64,000 bases of DNA from Acidimicrobiia bacterium (GTDB taxonomy: Bacteria > Actinomycetota > Acidimicrobiia > Spongiisociales > UBA11373). The stretch spans positions 4,099 through 68,098 of the forward strand of contig JAFGCH010000071.1 of assembly GCA_016932695.1 (NCBI GenBank). The letters are read 5' to 3'. This document shows, in pieces, positions 59,419 to 64,000 of the stretch. A program made the translations under genes and the position numbers. The notes beneath the pieces are model-generated. The model saw nothing but the letters and a program-made list of their open reading frames with translations, had not been told where the DNA came from and did no database searches. Each line of letters begins with the position of its first letter. The first letter of the stretch is position 1.

Positions 59419-60851
59419 ACGGGGGTGAGACCCAGGCGACTCCTGAGCGCACCGCGGCGGGGGCGGTAGCCGACGCGGTTGCTGCCTCCCGGGCGGCCCA
59501 GGGAGTGTGGGCCTCGCTCACCGTGTGGGAGCGTCGCGACGGCCTGCGGGCGCTGCAGCGTGCTCTGGTGGCTCAGGCATCGCGCCTCGTGGAGACGATC
59601 GCCGCGGAAACGGGGAAGCTGCCGGTAGACGCCCTGGAGGCCGAGGTGCTCCCGGCCGCGATCCACACTCGCTATCTGGCGCGCACTGCCCATCTCCACC
59701 TGGCGCCGCGCCGGGTAGCGCCCCAACCCATCCTCCACAAGCGGGCCTGGGTGGAGTACCGCCCCCGGGGGGTGGCCGGGGTCATCTCTCCCTGGAACTT
59801 CCCCTTCTTCCTCTCCTTTCAGCCCACCGTGACCGCCCTGGCGGCGGGCTGCGGGGTGGTGCTCAAGCCCTCCAGTGCCGCCCCCCGCTCGGGAGCCCTG
59901 GTGGGCGAGTTGGCGGCTGCGGCCGGCCTGCCCGACGGGCTGGTGCAGGTGCTCCACGGCGGGGCCGACACCGGCAGGGCCCTGGTGGCCGGAGGCGTGG
60001 ATGTGGTGTCCTTCACCGGATCCTCGGCCGTCGGGCGCGAGGTGGCTGCCCTGGCGGCCCGGCATCTGGTGCCTACCGTGCTGGAGTTGGGGGGGAAGCA
60101 CCCGATGGTGGTGCTGGGCGATGCCGACCCGGTGCGGGCCGCCCGCGGGGCGGTCTGGGGCGGGTGCCTCAACGCCGGGCAAGCCTGCGTCGGGGTGGAG
60201 CGGGTCTTTGTGGTGGCCGAGGCCTATGAGGCCTTCCTCGCTGCCCTGAGTGAGGCCATCGCCCAAGTGGAGGCCTCCGACCATCCGGCGCGCGGGATCG
60301 GCCCGGTGTTCGGGCCCGGGCAGATCGAGGTAGTGGAAGCGCAGGTGGCCGCCGCCATCGCTGCCGGGGCGACTCTGCTGGCCGGGGGGCACCGGGTGGG
60401 AGAGAAGTACTTCGCGCCCACCGTGCTGCTCGACGTCACGCCGTCTATGGAGATAATGCGCGAGGAGACCTTCGGTCCGATTCTCCCCGTGATGCGGGTA
60501 GCCGATGAGGAAGAGGCGATAGCCCGGGCGAACGACTCCGCCTACGGCCTGCATGCCTCGGTGTGGACCGCCAGCACCGCGGCCGGGCGGCGAGTGGCCT
60601 CCCGCCTCCGTGCGGGGACGGTGGCGATCAACGACGCGCTGGTGAATTACGGCGTGCCCGCCTTGCCGTTCGGGGGGGTGGGAGCCTCCGGTTGGGGGCG
60701 GACCGCGGGCGCTGAGGGGGTGCGGGCCTTCTGCTACCCGGTGGCGGTGACCGAATCCCGGTGGCGGCGCCACCGGGAGCCCTATTGGTTCCCGCGCAAA
60801 GGCGGCATGCGCCTACGCCTGCGCCTGCTGCGCCTGCTGGCGGGTCGCTGA
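59385..60851 (+). CDS. Aldehyde dehydrogenase
   Basis: ISPWNFP, FTGS, LELGGK, GQAC, EETFGP, PFGG; start uncertain. Confidence 0.9.
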   Translation: MAGGGWDSGRLNGGETQATPERTAAGAVADAVAASRAAQGVWASLTVWERRDGLRALQRALVAQASRLVETIAAETGKLPVDALEAEVLPAAIHTRYLARTAHLHLAPRRVAPQPILHKRAWVEYRPRGVAGVISPWNFPFFLSFQPTVTALAAGCGVVLKPSSAAPRSGALVGELAAAAGLPDGLVQVLHGGADTGRALVAGGVDVVSFTGSSAVGREVAALAARHLVPTVLELGGKHPMVVLGDADPVRAARGAVWGGCLNAGQACVGVERVFVVAEAYEAFLAALSEAIAQVEASDHPARGIGPVFGPGQIEVVEAQVAAAIAAGATLLAGGHRVGEKYFAPTVLLDVTPSMEIMREETFGPILPVMRVADEEEAIARANDSAYGLHASVWTASTAAGRRVASRLRAGTVAINDALVNYGVPALPFGGVGASGWGRTAGAEGVRAFCYPVAVTESRWRRHREPYWFPRKGGMRLRLRLLRLLAGR

Positions 60852-60861
60852 GCCGCCCGGC

Positions 60862-61854
60862 TCAGCTGGCCAGGGCGGCGCGTACCCGCCGCTCGGCTTC
60901 GGTCATCAGGCTCCCCGCCGCCTTCACCGCGTTGATGGCTTCCAGGGTCGGGTGGCCGGCGGCGTGCTCCTCCTGGAAGCGGCGGGCGAAGCCCCCGCTG
61001 CGGAGGTCCTCCAGCACGGCGGTGAACATGCGGTGCATGGCCTCCCGGTCCACCTCCAGGGTGCGGATGAACCCGCCGTACTGGGCCACGGCGCCGTGCC
61101 AGCCGACCGATTCCATGAACCCCACTTCGGCGAATGCCTGGAAGGTGCGGGCCATCTCTCCGGACATGTACATCTCGAGGACCATGGCCTCGGCGGGCAG
61201 TCCGGCGCCCACTCCCAGCATGAAGGCCATCTGGATGGCGGTGCCCAGGTAGGGGCCCACCGTCTGCTCGATCAGCAAGTCGAGCAGGGCTTCGTTGCGA
61301 GCGCTGAGAGGCATGGCCCCCTTGCGCAGGCAGCCGGCGCCGTGGGCCAGGGCGAGGACCCGCCTGGTGGCCTCGCCCGAGGCGTCCTGCTCCACGGACA
61401 CGTAGCCGAAGAAACCGCTGCCGTCGAGGTAGGAGCGGCGCACCTCTTCTCCGAGCATGCGGGGGGCCAGCATCATGACGTCGATGAAGTCGGGGATCTC
61501 GATGAGGCCGTAGGCCAGAACGTACCCCGAGGCGACCACCACTGCCGCCCCCGGCCGCAGGTGGGGCCGGATGTCGGCAGCGAAGCACGCCGGCACGGCC
61601 TCGTCGGGGATGAGCAGGTAGATCAGGCAGGGGGCGGTCACGGCATCGGCGATGTCGAGCACTTCGAAGCCGTCGTCGACGGCGCGGCGGCGGTAATCGT
61701 CGTCGATGTTGCCGACCACGACCTCGACCCCGCTGTCGCGCAGGTTGAGGGCCATGGAGCGGCCCAGGTTCCCGTACCCGACGACTGCTACGCAGGTCCC
61801 ACGCAAGGCCGCCGGGTCGGCGTCCTGCTCGCGGTAGAAGGTGACCCCGCTCAT
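60862..61854 (-). CDS. Ketol-acid reductoisomerase-like protein (divergent IlvC paralog)
   Basis: VVGYGNLGRSMALNLRDSG, LIPDE, DLLIEQ, AQYG; several IlvC motifs altered. Confidence 0.8.
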   Translation of the reverse strand: MSGVTFYREQDADPAALRGTCVAVVGYGNLGRSMALNLRDSGVEVVVGNIDDDYRRRAVDDGFEVLDIADAVTAPCLIYLLIPDEAVPACFAADIRPHLRPGAAVVVASGYVLAYGLIEIPDFIDVMMLAPRMLGEEVRRSYLDGSGFFGYVSVEQDASGEATRRVLALAHGAGCLRKGAMPLSARNEALLDLLIEQTVGPYLGTAIQMAFMLGVGAGLPAEAMVLEMYMSGEMARTFQAFAEVGFMESVGWHGAVAQYGGFIRTLEVDREAMHRMFTAVLEDLRSGGFARRFQEEHAAGHPTLEAINAVKAAGSLMTEAERRVRAALAS

Positions 61855-61959
61855 GCTGCCTCCTGGTTGCGCCGGGCGATGCTACCCCTGGGGCCTGCCT
61901 CGGCCCCACAGCCGGGGCACCCCGGCTACCCTCCCGGCGTCGCCGACGGGGAGGGCTTC

Positions 61960-62961
61960 TTGATCAGGGCGCGCATCACCGGGGTGGGTTCCTGCCTGCC
62001 GCCGCGAGTGGTCACCAACGACGACCTGGCGGCTCTCATCGACACCTCCGACGAGTGGATCGTCCAACGGACCGGCATACGGGAGCGCCGCTGGGTGGAG
62101 CCCGAGGTGACCACCTCCGACCTCGCCCTGGCCGCGGCCTCAGAAGCGCTGGAGGCCGCCGGGATCGGCGCCTCGGATCTGGACATGATCATCCTGGCCA
62201 CCCTGAGCCCCGACCACGAGTTCCCCGGCACCGCCTGCTTTCTACAGGCGAAGCTGGGAGTAGCCGGCTGCGCCGCCCTCGATGTGCGTCAGCAGTGCAC
62301 CGGCTTCATCTACGCGGTGTCCGTCGCCGACCAGTTCTTGCGCACCGGCTTTTGCCGGAGAGCCCTGGTGGTAGGGGCCGAGGTGCACTCCAAGGGCTTG
62401 GACGTCTCCACTCCGGGACGGGATCTGGCGGTGCTCTTCGGCGACGGCGCCGGGGCGGTAGTCCTCGAGGCGGGCGAAACGGCTGCCGACGGCCCGGGCA
62501 TTCTGAGCACTCATCTGCACGCCGATGGGTCCGGGGCTACCGACCTGTGGCTGCCCGCCCCCGGAATGGCCTACGAGCGCTTCATGTCGGCGGACCTCCT
62601 CGAGCGCAGGCTGCAGTTCCCCCAGATGAACGGGCGGGCGGTGTACGTCAACGCGGTGAAGCGCATGGCCGAAGCCGTGGTCGAGGCGGTGGCCGCCAAC
62701 GGGATGAAGGTCGAGGACGTGGACCTGTTCCTGTTCCATCAGGCCAATCTGCGTATCAACGAGGCGGTAACCGAACGCCTCGGCCTTCTCCCCGAGCGGG
62801 TGTTCAATACCATCGACCGCTTCGCCAACACCACGGCGGCCACGATCCCACTGGGCATGCACGAGGCGCTGCGGACCGGCCGGCTCGAGAAGGGGATGGT
62901 GGTCTGTGGCGCCGCGTTCGGCAGCGGCTTCACCTGGGGGTCGATGCTGCTGCGCTGGTGA
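61960..62961 (+). CDS. fabH: 3-oxoacyl-ACP synthase III
   Basis: DTSDEWIVQRTGIRERR, QQCTGF, FGDGAGA, HQAN, ANTTAATIP, FGSGFTWG; TTG start after GGGAGG. Confidence 0.92.
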   Translation: MIRARITGVGSCLPPRVVTNDDLAALIDTSDEWIVQRTGIRERRWVEPEVTTSDLALAAASEALEAAGIGASDLDMIILATLSPDHEFPGTACFLQAKLGVAGCAALDVRQQCTGFIYAVSVADQFLRTGFCRRALVVGAEVHSKGLDVSTPGRDLAVLFGDGAGAVVLEAGETAADGPGILSTHLHADGSGATDLWLPAPGMAYERFMSADLLERRLQFPQMNGRAVYVNAVKRMAEAVVEAVAANGMKVEDVDLFLFHQANLRINEAVTERLGLLPERVFNTIDRFANTTAATIPLGMHEALRTGRLEKGMVVCGAAFGSGFTWGSMLLRW

Positions 62962-62973
62962 GGTGGTGGCGAG

Positions 62974-64000
62974 CTAGGGGGTAGGCTCCGGCGGCGGGCA
63001 CTCGGGGCCGCGCTCGATGATCTTGTACAGCCCGGTGTAGTGCCAGACCCACTTCTCGGTGGTTTGCTCGCCGTTGGGGTAGGTGATGTAGCGGTAGATG
63101 TCCACCGACCATCCCCCCGAGCCGTTGGCGGTCACTTCTTCGGTGCCGCACTCCAGGTCGGGGTTGTCCTTGTAGCGGGTGATGGGTGTGGTGAAGTTGT
63201 AGCGGCCGGAGAGGCCGGCCTCCACGTTCAGGCCGCCGTTGTCCCCGTAGATCTTGGCGGTGAGGGAGGTGTCGGTGTAGACGGCCCGGATGATCAGGGC
63301 GTGCCCCGTGTTGTTGCGGAACTTGAGGTCGGGGGCGGGCCAGCCCAGCGTCGCCTCGCGGCCCTCGGGATAGCGTGAGATCCACTCCGAGTGCGGGGTG
63401 TGGTCCACGTCCTCCAGGCCGGCGAAGAAGGCGGCGTTGTACAGAGTGGTGGTCCATTGACTGGTGCCCCCGCCGATGTTGATCGGGCTGTCGCAGCAGT
63501 CCAGTTCACCCATGATGATCGCCGGGGCGGGCACGTAGCCCTTCTCGCGGGTGCGCTGGCCGACGTGGGCATTGAGGGAGAAGACCTCGCCGGGCATGAC
63601 CAGGGCACCGTTGGTGGCGTCGGCGATGAGGTGGATGTTGGTCACCCGGGGCTCGCAGCACCGATGAGGGGTGGTGAACTCCCCGATGAGGCCGGTGATG
63701 CCCAGGGCCTCGATGTCGGCGGTGGTCACCTCGGGCTCGGCTCCCTCCCGATAAGGAAGGTCGGCGGTGCGCCCGGCCGACCGGGCCGCTTCGTCCACCG
63801 CTCCGACCAGGGCGGCGGGGTCGGGCTCCTGGGTGGCGATGCTCGGATTGATGGTGACCTCGTCGGTCTCCACGTCGATCAGCAGTTCGGCATCGACCGG
63901 CTCGGTGGAGAGCCGGGCCATCTGGGGCTCGAGGAACTCCTGCAGGGGGGCGGGGTCCCAGGAGAGGGTGAAGGCCGGAGGCACGACCGAGTCGTCGCGG
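62974..64000 (-). CDS. VanW family protein (3' part; runs off the right edge)
   Basis: RVTNI, PGEVFSLN, GGGTSQ..TTLYNA, HS....YPEGREAT, DLKFRN. Confidence 0.88.
   Translation of the reverse strand, partial: RDDSVVPPAFTLSWDPAPLQEFLEPQMARLSTEPVDAELLIDVETDEVTINPSIATQEPDPAALVGAVDEAARSAGRTADLPYREGAEPEVTTADIEALGITGLIGEFTTPHRCCEPRVTNIHLIADATNGALVMPGEVFSLNAHVGQRTREKGYVPAPAIIMGELDCCDSPINIGGGTSQWTTTLYNAAFFAGLEDVDHTPHSEWISRYPEGREATLGWPAPDLKFRNNTGHALIIRAVYTDTSLTAKIYGDNGGLNVEAGLSGRYNFTTPITRYKDNPDLECGTEEVTANGSGGWSVDIYRYITYPNGEQTTEKWVWHYTGLYKIIERGPECPPPEPTP

Noticed and set aside
60952..61959. N-terminal extension making FabH a 669-aa fusion (similar ORF-track extensions on TetR, activator, secernin, folE and ALDH)
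   Set aside because: The extensions overlap other real genes, and proper starts with an SD or -10 exist downstream.
62974..64000. Vancomycin resistance locus
   Set aside because: VanW domains are common outside van clusters, and no vanHAX or vanRS is in the window.
1..64000. Mobile elements, prophage, defence systems, tRNA or rRNA
   Set aside because: I recognised no integrase, transposase, cas, phage or structural RNA signatures by eye; tRNAscan and Infernal were not run.

Overview
A 64-kb, very GC-rich, densely coding window. It looks like an Actinomycetota chromosome, and the Thr-rich lipoprotein linkers and many leaderless-type TANNNT-N6-ATG/GTG starts suggest Acidimicrobiia (inference). 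It holds about 58 genes, mostly metabolic, transport and envelope functions. These include a GH94 cellobiose phosphorylase, an O2-sensitive 2-hydroxyacyl-CoA dehydratase plus activator, a radical SAM/NifX/TrmO/flavodoxin cluster, a dppABCDF peptide ABC operon, mgsA, a DRG-type GTPase, a HEAT + HD-GYP pair, a KimA-like transporter, menA, GH13, a MalT-like regulator, LCP, malic enzyme, folE, an ilvC-like gene, fabH and VanW. I saw no rRNA, tRNA, CRISPR array, integrase or transposase. The main observations are: (1) a circularly permuted DppA substrate-binding lipoprotein heading an otherwise normal dpp operon; (2) a coupled operon of a divergent LysA-fold PLP enzyme, a 4-TM protein and a KDSR-like reductase, a candidate unknown amino-lipid or amine pathway; (3) two genes with ACG where the start codon should be; (4) a candidate structured small RNA at about 53.0-53.1 kb; (5) a KimA with a tandemly duplicated cytoplasmic domain; (6) a divergent RsfS facing a DRG GTPase; and (7) several broken genes (ALDH relic, ltrA amber stop, malT-like frameshift). 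All family calls come from motif recognition by eye; no database searches were run.
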